This document shows, one piece after another, positions 1 to 13,700 of a stretch of DNA of 64,000 bases (positions are counted from its first letter, which is position 1; each line of letters opens with the position of its first letter). Location of the stretch: NCBI RefSeq assembly GCF_023055435.1, contig NW_025964383.1:37386001-37450000 (forward strand), given 5' to 3'. Below the pieces are notes generated by a model. It was not told the origin of the DNA and made no database searches. It worked only from the letters and a program-made list of their open reading frames with translations. The stretch comes from Haliotis rufescens. Taxonomy: Eukaryota. Both the position numbers and the translations under genes were made by a program.

Positions 1-970
1 TTAAATCTCAATTTCCATTGATGTTTTAAGTTATCAAAATAGTGGAAAACATTTTGGTTGGTATACTTTCTTTTGGATAGTAGTGTATATAGTGAGTGAG
101 TTGGTTTGGGCGACATATGTATATGGTCTCTATTTGGAAAGGTTAAAGAGCTCCAGTTAGCGCCGCACATAATTTTTTTAGTGACTCGGTATTGTACTCT
201 GGTGTTTGAAGTTTGTAGCATTACATTTGTTGTTTTGTGGTTTCGTTGGCTTCATTTCTTATAAAATATACTTCCATGAAAATTCGTCCTACAAAGTAGG
301 GTGTATAATTTGAGATCGCGAGAACCACATATTCTAATTCTGTATATATTGTTTCAAGCTGAAGTTACTTCACACTTCCAATGTGCGTGATTTCGAAAAT
401 GCACGAAAGAAAAATGTCCCTTGCACTGTGTTCGATTTTTGATTTTTAACAAGAATGTATGCGTACATCTAGAAAATAATCAGATTGATACAGGACAAGA
501 AGACAGTCGGATTTGCGTTGAGTAGATTTGTCATTATTGCTAATAATTGATAACAAAACTACATGTACATTTCAAACACAATCAGTATGTAGTTCACGTT
601 CACTCGACTATGAAAGATTTGCTAACCCTTGTCAGGGAACAAATCATCGTAGTGCAGTTTTCAGATCTCCCATTCATGAGATGATGATTGGTTGAAATTT
701 GAAAAGCTCGGGCTGTCTTCACGGTCAACGAAACCGACCCTCCCTGCACCCACCTTGACCACCATCTGGCCTCCCTGACCCTCGCGGTAATCATCAATTG
801 TTCCAGCCAAAATAGGCAAAATCACCCTACTGTGGACAGTGTAACCACACAGAGCAATATGGACATGCTGGAATAAATGGGCCATTTCTTGTAAATAAAT
901 TGCAAATGTGATTGAAAGTAGAAACCAAATTAAAGCTCGAAACCAGAAAATTAATGCTTAAATATAATAC

Positions 971-3900
971 ATTTATAAACTTATCCTATCCCACACTATG
1001 ATACAGTTACTTGGGTCATCGTTTCTGCAGCGCTCTGAAGATACAGCTACAACTCTCCGGCTTTCTAATGACGACAACCCCTCTGACCGAAAACACTACA
1101 ATCGTCGGCATGGAAGTGATTGCCAACTGACGACGGATCTTCACTCACAGAATGGTCATCCTTCGCTGGATCGTAACGACCAAGTGATCAAGGGATCGAC
1201 AGATCGCCATACATCACCATTATCGACAAGACGCTATTCTTGGATGGACATTTTGCCAGATCGTACCTTGGAGGATCGACAGTTTCACCTTCTCTACAGA
1301 TTGATGATACCCAAGGGATCTAGTCGACGTTACACGTCGATGCATCGATACATGGACTAACACGGTACCTCGGAGGATCGACAGGACCGCCATCCTTAAT
1401 TTGATCATAGACGACCTAGGGATCAACTGGTCGACAGATCACCAGATCACCTTACTTCACCATTATCAACATACTTCACCATTATGGACAAGACGCTGAT
1501 ATCAGATGGACAGTCCGTCAGATCGTACCTCAGAGGATTGACAGAATCTTCTACAGATCGATACCGAGGGATCTCCACTCTATGATACACATCGATGCAT
1601 CAACACATCGATACATCGATACATACATAAATCGATACATCAACACATCGTCTGATCAAATACTTGTCCGCTAGTATGACTTTTCCTGCAGGAAGCCTCG
1701 GTGGCTGCATGAGTAAGATCGCTGCCTTTATGTGATGGCGATTAGGTCCCTTAGTCTGGCAGTGTTGGTTTGAATCCCGGACAGGACTCAACCCCATAAA
1801 GTACGAGCATGTTCTTTACTGAGAAGATGTTATCCCAAATATAACCTTTGTTATATCAAACAGACGAACGATGGATCGTCCTCAGTCATAAGATCATTCT
1901 TCTTCCAAGGAATCAATAGACCTCTCTCTCATCGTGCATCGGACAAGGCCTTCACTGCATTCCATTTTCTTGATTAGACATCTTTGGATACGATGGCCTG
2001 CACCAACCATATCAGCGAACTTGGCCCACTGGTCTCGTTGGCCCCTTACAGGCATAGTCACTTCGTATTGCGAGCTTGAGACACTGATGTTTTTTTCTCT
2101 ACCAGGATTTTCATGGATCCGACCCACGTGCCTGCCAACCATGAATTGTCTAAAGATACTCTTCTATGAGAAATCACCATTACAATGTTATGAAGCTCGA
2201 GACACCCACCTCCCCCCCCCCCCCCCCCCCCCCCCACACACACACACCCCACACACACACACACACTATTCAAACCTGGTCATTCAATGCTCTGACAATA
2301 TCATGGGAGGACCTAAACGCCTTGCGTTTCCCCCACCAAAGATCATACACACAAGCTGCCTACAACTGCTGTAGGTAGCGCCTTCTGACCGACAAGAAAT
2401 TGGGTTCCAGAGATCGTCGAACTGGCAGGGATTCCACTGCTAAGTCTTCCAAACTGGTCACATCTACTGCTATATCCTCCCTCCAATCAGGTCCATCCAC
2501 GACCAGAATTATACGAACTTCACGTATGGAGTATATCAAGAGCAGTCTCGTAAGAGGATTTCCTTAGATTTCCTGAGAATCTAGGTGACGATAAATGGAA
2601 AGTTTTCACCAGTTTGCAAGATCCAGGGTTTTCTGCAGCCAAGCTATTATACCACAAGATTACCTATGTCACTTAAGAAGTACAAGGCATTCGGACATTG
2701 ATTTGCTCATACCACCTTATGGACCAATCTCCAGACTTGGCCCTCCAGCATGGGATCTCCCTGTTTTCCTCTGTCACTTCTCCTGACTGACTATAAACCA
2801 CTTGTGGATAAAACCTCGAACCCGAAAACCGGATCGTCTTTTCAGCCTCCACCACTCCGATTGATTGAGAGCTGATGTCATAAAGACGCCTCTAGCCTGA
2901 GCCTTCAAGTTCTACTTGAAGGCATCTCAGACCATCCGGCGTTGTTGCAAGCATGTTTTCATCCATTTGTCAACGGCTGCAACTTCTGATGTGTCTTGAA
3001 CCACCACCTCCACTGGCTGCATTCTACTATCATTGGGGTCTACACCTTTGAGGGACTACCGCCCCAAACCTCATGAGATGAGGGCAGTGATTTCCATCTT
3101 GGAGTTGCATAGTTTTGCACACTTCAGCCATCATGGAGTGATGTTCTGGCGTTCTGATATGGTCTTTGCCTCCTACTCACCTCCTAAATGGTGCTCACCT
3201 CTGTCTTTGTGCATGTGATGTCTCAGTAGTTGATTGAAGTCCTTTGTGATAAACGGGTATCGTCAATCGTTCCTCTTCTCGTTCGTACCTTATTCAATCT
3301 CTACGTGAGTTTGATAGGTTGCCAAAGCGATAAAAGAGATGCCTGCGCCGGGGACAAAACACCTCCTCCTATCAGGGGTGACCGAGTAGGTGTCACCTGG
3401 CTCAAGGCTACGCGGTCATTCTGTGAAGGGTGTCCTGTGTGAAACCACCTCCACTGGCTGCGTTCTACTATCATTGGGGTCTACACCTTTGAGGGACTAC
3501 CAACCCAAACCTCATGAGATGAGGGCAGTGATCTCCACCTTGGAGTTGCATAGTATTGCACACTTCAGCCATCATGGAGGGATGTTCTGGCGTTCTGATA
3601 TGGTCTTTGCCTCCTACTCCTTTCGGAATCTCAGTCGCCGACGTCCAAGGTCACAGCAGCCACACTACAAGTCCTAAGTCTGGTTTCCTGTATATACTGC
3701 AATATTTTCATTTATTGCTTGTTAATCGGATTTCCCAGACAAGCTCCCAGAGGGAGGGTATATATATGTTTGTCTGTTGGGACTTTGGTCTACGTCAATA
3801 GAGGCCACCATCCGGTGGGGTCATTTGTTTAAATGGTGCTCACCTCTGTCTTTGTGCATGTGATGTCTCAGTAGTTGATTGAAGTCCTTTGTGATAAACG

Positions 3901-4686
3901 GGTATCGTCAATCGTTCCTCTTCTCGTTCGTACCTTATTCAATCTCTACGTGAGTTTGATAGGTTGCCAAAGCGATAAAAGAGATGCCTGCGCCGGGGAC
4001 AAAACACCTCCTCCTATCAGGGGTGACCGAGTAGGTGTCGCCTGGCTCAGGGCTACGCGGTGATTCTGTGAAGGGTGTCCTGTGTGAAACCAAGGACCAC
4101 ATGATTCCCCGATGTCATGATGTATATATCTTGGTAGCACAAAGAGGGTTTTTTGAAGCAACCCTCACACGAGTTTATCACTAATCCTCATAAAATCCTT
4201 TGAATTTTCTTGATTAGTTCCAGCTTCCTCGTGTACGTCTCACGGTTGAAGTCCTTACAGGCTAGGGTATCTGCGACCTACCATCCAACCGTGGGATAAA
4301 TGCATAGTGTGAGATAGGATAAGTTTAAAAATTTGTAAATTTTCTAATAAATTGTATACAAATTTTATTTATATACTTATCCTATCTCACACGCAAAATG
4401 CCGACCCAACCATCCCCGCATCACAGTTACACCAGCCTGTATGCTCTAGATTGAGAATGAGGGTGCTGGATATGTCAGGTGATCAGATCAATGGGGTCGT
4501 GTTGCACGGGATTTTAGTGGTGTGTGAACCATGATCATAGTGGTGATGTGTTTGGGTGAGTGATGTTTTTGAAGCTGGAAACTTTGTTCTAGAACGTTTC
4601 CACACCAAGATCGAAGAATTAGAGGAAATGCATAGTGTGAGATAGGATAAGTATATAAATATACAATTTATTAGAAAATTTACAAT
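971..4686 (+). mobile_element. Decayed DIRS1-type (tyrosine recombinase) retrotransposon, copy A
   Basis: Left end ATTTATAAACTTATCCTATCCCACACTATG (971-1000) is inverted relative to the right end CATAGTGTGAGATAGGATAAGT...TTACAA (4631-4685). An internal complementary region at ~4302-4392 pairs with both ends. Coding remnants: AFPPP (methyltransferase-like, ~2325) and KPHEMRA (YR HxxR motif, ~3066 and ~3509). No intact ORFs. Confidence 0.8.
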
Positions 4687-6579
4687 ATTTCGTAAAATTA
4701 ATTAGGTTTGATGCAATTTGAAATCTTTATGTTATGTATTCAACTTTGATAGATATATTATGAAAACACGAGTAGATGTATTTGTGGTAATCTTTTCATT
4801 TCATTTTCTTAAATTGAAGATGCGTCGTCTGCCAGATTCATCTGGTGGTCATAAATTATCAGCAGTCACAACGTGCCATGGTCCAGTGTAAGGGCCAGCA
4901 CAGAGCATGAAAATGGAATGTACTCACACCACAATCTCTCCTCAGATCCGAGCAAAGATATAGGATAATTGGATTTTTTTACGATTAAAACTCATGTCCA
5001 CCTCTTTTTTTGTACAAAACATATGACAATATGATATGGGTAAGTAGCACCGAAGTCCAGTACATAAAAAACAGCTCACAGATATTAAATTGAACAGGCT
5101 CATATTACACGTGCTTATAATTGGAAAAGTTTGTTACGTTAAGTTGTTACTTGTTCATAATTGCTATTTAGATTAATAGAATTATATCGAAATATGATGG
5201 TGAGAGTTATAGTTTCATTCACCGGCATACAGTTTGATTGTTAAAATGTAAAATGTTAGCAAAATAGTACATGAATTCATTTTGCCTAGTCATGTCTTGA
5301 TGTTTTGGGAGTTGGTGAGTGCATGCTATTTAGTACCGAAGGAACCTGTAGATAACTGATTACAAGTGATTGATAGCAAGAACAACAATGCATGTCCCTT
5401 ATTTTGAGAGACGATTACACAAAGTGAAACATGTCACATATTGTGTATGTATCTTGTATCTATTACTACCGACATTACATGTACAAGTATTTGCCAGTTT
5501 TAAAGTTCTACCACATGTTTCCCATTGCGACCAGACAATGACGGCCTGATGGATATGAGTTCCACTCTGTAATTATATGTGAAGCACTTCACCACCAAAT
5601 GTCATTGAATATACCAATGATCGAATATACCCGCACTAAAGAAATATTTAACGTCAAAATCGGAATAATCTGAAAAGCAAAATTGCTTAATAATTATAAA
5701 ACTAAACTAAAATTAGATAATTTAGAACATTTATAACTGTTACCTCGACGGTGTATGTATTTTTTTGGTCATTTATACTATTGCCAATGTACTACAGTTG
5801 ATGGGTTTGTTATATAAGAAATAAGTGCTTCTTGAATCTTGAAACGTGTACTTTGTACCTTGTTAGCAAAAAGGTTGGCTCTTAAGAGAACCTGAGCATC
5901 TAGAATAATGGTTAGTATCCAAACAGACATATACAGGCTTCTAAACATTAACCGAACCCATGACATGTAAATTGTATGAAATCATCGCACATGCATTCAT
6001 AACATTTGTTAATACAGTATTATTTGAAAATTCTGTTTTTGAATTTTCAATTCTTGTCATCTGTAATCAGTGCCCATTAAAAGACATGATGTTAAATTAC
6101 ACTGTTACACCTTCTGATTTCACAGCTCTTCATTGAAAGGATTATCATTATTGTGAAGGTGATGTGTTCAAATATATGTTCATGTCCAAATGTTCATAAT
6201 TCATAAGCTAATAGTTGAAGCAATATGAGCAAATCATGCCTACTTGCATCAATTATTAGGTTTTTGAATGTCATTTAGAGGTGATACACATAAGAGAGAG
6301 AATTTATGGATGTCAACTACTTTATTATGAGGAACGCGACGTCTCCATACTGACTGTGAACTGACCAGTCCTTGTTTGAGCCCCTAATGTTACATCTTTT
6401 AATGGTTTTTGCAAGGCTCTCGCTGATATTCACACAGACTGTACACATTGCTCAACAATATTATCCCAACCATAGTTTAGGGAATATTTTTCTAAGGGTG
6501 AGGCTTAAATTAAGATAATATTTGCTTTATATCTCTTTACTGCTGGGGTATCCATGGTAAAACTTTATTCATCTTTCAG

Positions 6580-7717
6580 TGAATATATACCAAGACGTGA
6601 ACAAGCAGTTGCTGAGTTCTTGAAATATGCTTCTTATGATGGCCACGTCCTGTCCATGGGAATTCATGTGAGCTACCTATATGGTTCAAAGCAAGAAACA
6701 GACACTAAAAAGAAAAGAAAGAAGCGAGAACAAAAAGCTAATGAGTTGTTAAATAAAGTTTCAGCTTTGCGCAACTCAAACTCTGGGTCCATATTGATTC
6801 ATCTCGTTGGTTTAGCAAAAGAAGATCAGTTCACTGGTGCATTTAATGAGTTTGCAGATACCAAATTAAATTCGTTGATTCACGATGGAAAATTATTCGA
6901 TGATGTTTATAGAAAACAAAGATTAAGCAATCTTGAAGAATGTTGTGAATTCCATGATTTTCTAGTTCTGTTCGTGTCTGCAGCTTCAACTGTGACAACC
7001 TCCGACTTTAAAACCAAGGTTGCTCTTGATGACTGCATCCTAGACCCTACTGCTGAATCAGTCCGATCATTTCTGAAGGAAAGAAAAGTGTACAACAAGA
7101 CATTCCATGCACTTCCTGGAGTTGCCTCTACTTCTGACTTAGCAAACTTACAAGAAAGTAGATCAGTCCAATTCAAAAGTCACTTCTCACAGAAAGTCAA
7201 AGAAGATGAAGTAGTTGATTGCATCTCTTACAAACTTCGTCTCACGGAGTATGTAAGTGCGTTTTCCAAACTTGAAGGAGGGGGTTCTTTTTTGTATGGC
7301 ATACACGAGAAGAAGGTGACCCATGGTAATTGTGGTTATGATTCTAAGGAACCGATTCCACAGCCAGTAACCATCACTGATGAAAACAATTTCAAGGATA
7401 CACTAGCACAAAGGATACAGGAGAATACTCTTGTTTGTGACTATGATGGTGGGGCATCAACTGATGCTGATGTAGCACAGGTACGGTTAATCCCTTCAAG
7501 AACGAACCTGGACAAGAACACTCTGAGACTCACTGGTGAGGGAGAAACTGCAGATGCAAAAGAGGCGGTTGTTCAAGTATCCGTGAGGTCAGTGACAGGA
7601 ATAGTGTTCTATGATAAACAGGGACCATTGGCTTACAGGTATGATGCAAATACCGACGATGTCACGAGAATGAATGTCAAGGAATGGTTCTGTGCATTTA
7701 CTAGAACTAATGCCTAG
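6580..7717 (+). CDS. Schlafen AlbA_2 (RNase-fold) domain exon
   Basis: ORF 6554-7717 contains QESRSVQFKS...YVSAFSKLEGGGSFLYGIHE, matching the Schlafen/AlbA_2 signature ESxxVEFK...YxxAFANxxGGxLxxGV. Acceptor TTTCAG ends at 6579 and donor AG|GTAAGT follows 7757. Confidence 0.85.
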
Positions 7718-10700
7718 GATAAATCAACACACACATGCACAGGAAACAACAACGAAGGTAAGTACATGTCTATCAATATCTGTATACAAGAAATAGTCAA
7801 CTTCCTGATAGCTCTATCCCAGCTACGGTTTTAGTTGGATACACCTAACAATGAATGGACTTAATGCATGAGGCTGCCACATTAATATTCTAATACTCAC
7901 TGATAAACTAATTTTCGTTCAAAGATCTGTATTGATATGTGACCCGTTTTAATTCTGGAAAGCATTTCGTCCAGAAACTCTTCCCACTGTGACAAGTTTT
8001 TTTTATGGATGAACTAAACAAAGATGGACAATTGGTCCTCAATGTCACACACCCAGGATATATGTTGTAAACTTAAACATAGACCATTGGAAATCACAAG
8101 AGCTTTGAAATTCAAATAAACAAATAACAAATAACAAATTACAAATCGTAGTATTTGCACAAACACGGGTATGTAAATTCAAATGGGTCTTTCCCATTTT
8201 GCCATGATACTTCCTAATCTTGCGCATGGGGTTATACAACTTCATCCCTTGGTACAATACACTTACGTTCCATAACCAAGAATATCCAATATTCTTCCTT
8301 AGAAATGTAAAAGCTTAACTCGCCAGGAAAACACGACTCGCTGTTGGGTGGGTGTGAGACATTTATGACATTTATAAGATTCGGATATCCACATTGGTAT
8401 ACAGTATGAAGCACATTTGGGGTGTTCCCCGCCATAATGTGATGTAATATGGCTGAAAGTTGCGTAAAACCAATCTCACTCATCTTCAATCTCGGGAACA
8501 GCTTGATGGATTGAGCTGAAACACATTTAATATCCCCGCCCAAATGGGGTGACCCTTTCCTTCAAGACATCAGTTGAAAGTTTACATTTGTATTTACATC
8601 AAGACAAGTGATATGAGTTTTCTAATGAAAATAAAGATGCTTAATGCTCTAGTTTATGGAACTTTAGTGTCAAGTACCATAGGCTCAATTTCGGGGTCAA
8701 TATGTTGATGTCCGATGGGCAAAATGGGTAAACTCTGTGGGAATTATGTTTACGTGTAACTCAAAGTGACATCAAATACATGATTCTATATCTTTATTTA
8801 CATCTTTGTGTTAGTAAATTATAAATACATGTCTGAAGAGATAACCTGAATTTGAAATTCCATGAGCATAATCGACTGATATGTTGTCCTGAAAAACAGC
8901 CACAATGTATGATTAACTTCGTACAGAACAACTGACTGATATATCTTTCTTTTAGTCCACAGCATAAACAGTACTGTCACGAAAAAATGTGGAAGTTGTT
9001 GGTATGTATTGCATGTTCTACAAACGTTGGTTAATTGAGAAGGTGGCCAAGTGTTTTAGTTGTTGTAAAAAAATCTCATATGATGTCACGTTTATGGTCA
9101 CTATGCCGACATGTTTACAGTTTTTGCAAACTTAATGACAGTAGCCTGCATAAATATTTTAAGTATATATTGTTGATATTTTATGTTTAGAGTATTCTGA
9201 TTAACAAGTAAAGGATGTTCCCTCGATACGAATTCCTAACTTGGATTCCCAGAATTGTACTGATATGAAAGCGATGTTGACGCTTTCATTCCAATGACCC
9301 CACAGTACCGCAGCAAAACTAAATTACTTTAGTTCTAAATCAAGTACCAACCTTGATCTTATGGGCATGCTGGCACAGTAAGGCACAGTTGTGGAGGTTT
9401 ACAGCAGACGTTCAATGCATAATTATCATATTGTGTTCTAAACATTCAAATGAGCCACATATCAGCGAATGTAAACATTTGTAACGCACCTCTGCGCTGG
9501 TAGCTTAAGGTCACGCCCTCAAATGGGTTTGTTTTGGAAGTGGATTACGGAGGGTGTGATTTCAGCACTTCCACGTTGACATTTATACTTTCTATGAATT
9601 CATGAATTTTCTCTCTAGGAAAAAGATTATATGTACTTGTACATGTAGGAAAAATGATATTCGCAACAAAAATTGAATTTGATATTTTTTGTTCAGTTTA
9701 CTTGCCCTTTAAGGAAACATTTATATATGTTAATCTATATTTGGGTGGTTACATTAGGCGGGCTTAGACCAGGCAAACAAGGGCCGATATTGTATCCCAC
9801 AACCAGCATGCCTCTTATTGCTTATTATTTACTCCAGTGTCACCATAAAATCTAATAAATTTTTAAGAAATCTACCCTGTAAGTAGAGTTTATGTCTGAA
9901 TCAGTTTGTTCAAGACACATCTTATCATTTTTTTATTTAAGGTCCATCTAACACATTTAGCCAAATCTACACTATGACTAACTCAGATTGGTAAGGGCAA
10001 TTTGCAAGGTGACTCTCATTACATACCATGATTCCTTCTGTTTTCAAGAAACAAATCGTGAAAGAGGATGAGGGTAACTTCACTTTGGAATCCAATGACT
10101 TTTTTCGACCGAGCCTGAAGCAGATTGGAAACAGTGTCTTCGATATCAGGAATTACTACATCCCTCAAGGTATTAATTCAGAGTGTGTCTGTATCAACTC
10201 TTTACACAAAGAATTCGTGACATCAGAAATAAATTTGACCATTACCAACAATCAAAGTTGTGTATATGCAGATATCTGCGCCACATTCAAACGTTAATGA
10301 AACACACATATACAAGTATTTCTTATCATGACACAACATATTGCAATTTTCTTCTTCCCCTGTATATCACAGAGCCCAAAAGTTTACTCTCCTGCGATAA
10401 ACCTAGAAACTCTGCCACAGGCTACCGCAGCTTACACAGTCTAATCAACAACTTACAATATGTAAAAGGTCTCCAAATTAAGATAAACATATATCATGAA
10501 ATGATGAACCTTCATTACGAAAATATTCTAAAACAGCAGACATTGAAGCCGTATGGAGAGTTATCTGCCCTTGACTTTCCTTCTCATGGCACAAGAGGAT
10601 ACTCATGTGCTGGCGTTTTGGGAATTATTTCCTTCAACATCGGTCTCATAATGCGTTCTTGATGAAGGGAACTTCACAATTACCTTCCTAGTAGGTTACT

Positions 10701-13700
10701 ACATGACATACTTGCCACATGTTAAATTTGGCTGCACACAGTTTGTTTTTTTTCCACCAAAATCGTTCTGTCTCTATCTTGTTGTTTCATCACAGCTGCC
10801 GCGGTGACGACTAGCTTTATTTATTGTATGATGTTTCTTGGTGCATATAAACATACATTTAATGTTAACAGCACGGCAGATCGTTTGAATTTTCGAGAGG
10901 AAGAGACCAGTATCCACGAGGACGTGTGTACTTCTCCTGTGTATGCAGCGATTTGCTTTTCTTGTCGCTCGGGCAAGTCAAGAAGATTTCCCCTCTGTCC
11001 TGAACGGAGGGAATCTGGCTCTGAGTTCAATTCCCTATGCACGGAATGTAATAAATTGTATTTTACGAGCAAGCCGGATGACTATCTATGGAATATCAGG
11101 ACTACTCAGCAGGCGTTGATGAGGGAGAAAGGTAGGCGAGAAATAGCATCTAACGCTATGAACTCCACTATTATGACATCTTCTACCTGGACTGCAGTGT
11201 CCAGGGTAGAGACAACCATGACGACTACATTGCTGTTTGGCAGCGTTCCATCAAGAAGGGTCGCTTCTCTTAGAACTGGCGTTCTCCTTTGGACTGGCAC
11301 CTTCTGACACACAGTTAAATCCTGGGGATTCAATGGACGCCAGACTGGGATTAAGCGTCATGTTGTTCTCCAATCACCACAGTTTTTAACCCTGATTATT
11401 TGTGGTCATGACGACAACCTAGCTGATAGGCCCTGTTTCCTGCCTGTTGACTTGGCACCATGACCCTCCATGGAAAAAAAGAGCGCTTTGGAGTCCGGAA
11501 TGTGACAACGAGGGCTATGTAGTTCACCAGACCAGAAAGAGGCTGAGCAGAAACTTATTTAATCATACATGACTTGTTAACAGTTCTGGACAATTGGGGT
11601 GTGCAGTCGCCTGTTGTCACAGAAATAGTGTCTCCTGTTGGTGGCAGGCTAATGACTGGGTATCACTAAGACATAATTCAGCAGCTTTCATTGACTACCT
11701 TTAGATCTCGAGATCAGCTCATGCCATTTAGCACTGAGGAGAAGGTGATGTCTTGTTGCAACTTATCCTTATTCTTGTAGTTGATCATTCATCAAGTCAA
11801 TAATGTTCTGCTTGAGCTGGTTATTTTACAGAACAGAACTGTATTACGCTCAGGCCGAGATCCTCGGCATATGAGGTACAAAATGACAGCAAAATACACA
11901 TTATAATAGCGGATATGTGGTTAGCCGGAAGATTTTACAATTTGCATTACATATTTACAGAATTTACTAAGGTTTTTTAATACAGATATCTCTTTACAAG
12001 TGAAAAGTCTTTGAAATTTAATCATATTAGGTCTTTTAGAATATGTAGGTGGGATATACAAAATTCTTTCTTCAGTAAAATATGGACATTTAAAAATATA
12101 GTGAAACTAGAAAGTGTTTTTACTCGTAAAAACATATGTCTCCCCCCCCCCCCCCCCACTCCCCTAACCCCCATTCATTCGTTTACTTCACGTTAAACCC
12201 CATCTCTTCATTCCCACCCTCCATTACTAAATAACAGAGACAAAAATAGAACTCCTAGAAATTTCAAACAACTAATGGGCACCACTTCAGTGCTGGGTTA
12301 ATGTGTATACAAAGTTTCGCGAAAAAATATTAAACGGTTTCTGAGTTATGGTCCGGAAACCAAGCTTACCCCCATTCAGAGTCTATGTTCAAGTTATCTC
12401 CATGGAAACGAGAAAAAATAAAAATGTCAAAAATCTCTAAATAGCAAAAGGCACCACTTCAGTGCTGGGTTAATGTGTATACAAAGTTTCGCGAAAAAAT
12501 ATTAAACGGTTTCCGAGTTATGGTCCGGAAACCAAGCTTACCCCCATTCAGAGTCTATGTTCAAGTTATCTCCATGGAAACGAGAAAAAATAAAAATGTC
12601 AAAAATCTCTAAATAGCAAAAGGCACCACTTCAGTGCTTGGTTAATGTGTATACAAAGTTTCGCGAAAAAATATTAAACGGTTTCTGAGTTATGGTCAGG
12701 AAACAAAGCCTACCCCCATTCAGAGCCTATGTTCAAGTTATCTCCATGGAAACGAGAAAAAATAAAAATGTCAAAAATCTCTAAATAGCAAAAGGCATCA
12801 CTTCAGTGCTGGGCTAATGTGTATACAAAGTTTCGCGAAAAAATATTAAACGGTTTCTGAGTTATGGTCAGGAAACAAAGCCTACCACCATTCAGAGCCT
12901 ATGTTCAAGTTATCTCCATGGAAACGAGAAAAAATAAAAATGTAAAAAATCTCTAAATGGCAAAAGGCACCACTTCAGTGCTGGGTTAATGTGTATTCAA
13001 CGTTTCGCGAAAAAATATTAAACGGTTTCTGAGTTATGGTCCGGAAACCAAGCTTACCCCCATTCAGAGTCTATGTTCAAGTTATCCCCATGGAAACGAG
13101 AAAAAATAAAAATGTCAAAAATCTCTAAATAGCAAAAGGCATCACTTCAGTGCTGGGCTAATGTGTATACAAAGTTTCGCGAAAAAATATTAAACGGTTT
13201 CTGAGTTATGGTCAGGAAACAGAGCTTACCCCCATTCAGAGCCTATGTTCAACTTATCTCCATGGAAACGAGAAAAAAATAAAAATGTCAAAAATCTCCA
13301 AATAGCAAAAGGCACCACTTCAGTGCTGGGTTAATGTGTATACAAAGTTTCGCGAAAAAATATTAAACGGTTTCTGAGTTATGGTCAGAAAACAAAGCTT
13401 ACCCCCATTCAGAGCCTATGTTCATCTTATCTCCATGGAAACGAGAAAAAATAAAAATGTCAAAAATCTCTAAATAGCAAAAGGCACCACTTCAGTGCTG
13501 TGTTAATGTGTATACAAAGTTTCGCGAAAAAATATTAAACGGTTTCCGAGTTATGGTCCGGAAACCAAGCTTACCCCCATTCAGAGTCTATGTTCAAGTT
13601 ATCTCCATGGAAACGAGAAAAAATAAAAATGTCAAAAATCTCTAAATAGCAAAAGGCACCACTTCAGTGCTGGGTAAATGTGTATACAAAGTTTCGCGAA

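Noticed and set aside
3340-3450. Self-cleaving ribozyme in the DIRS 3' region
   Set aside because: Stems are possible, but I could not find a hammerhead (CUGANGA...GAAA) or HDV-like core.
4820-4887. Possible upstream exon (AG|ATGCGT...CCAGT|GTAAGG), phase-compatible with 6580
   Set aside because: The acceptor context is weak and two frames are open, so it cannot be assigned without transcripts.
9940-11750. ORFs 10028-10297, 10183-10662 and 10804-11307 as genes
   Set aside because: No recognisable domains or consistent splice structure. Part is probably decayed DIRS sequence.
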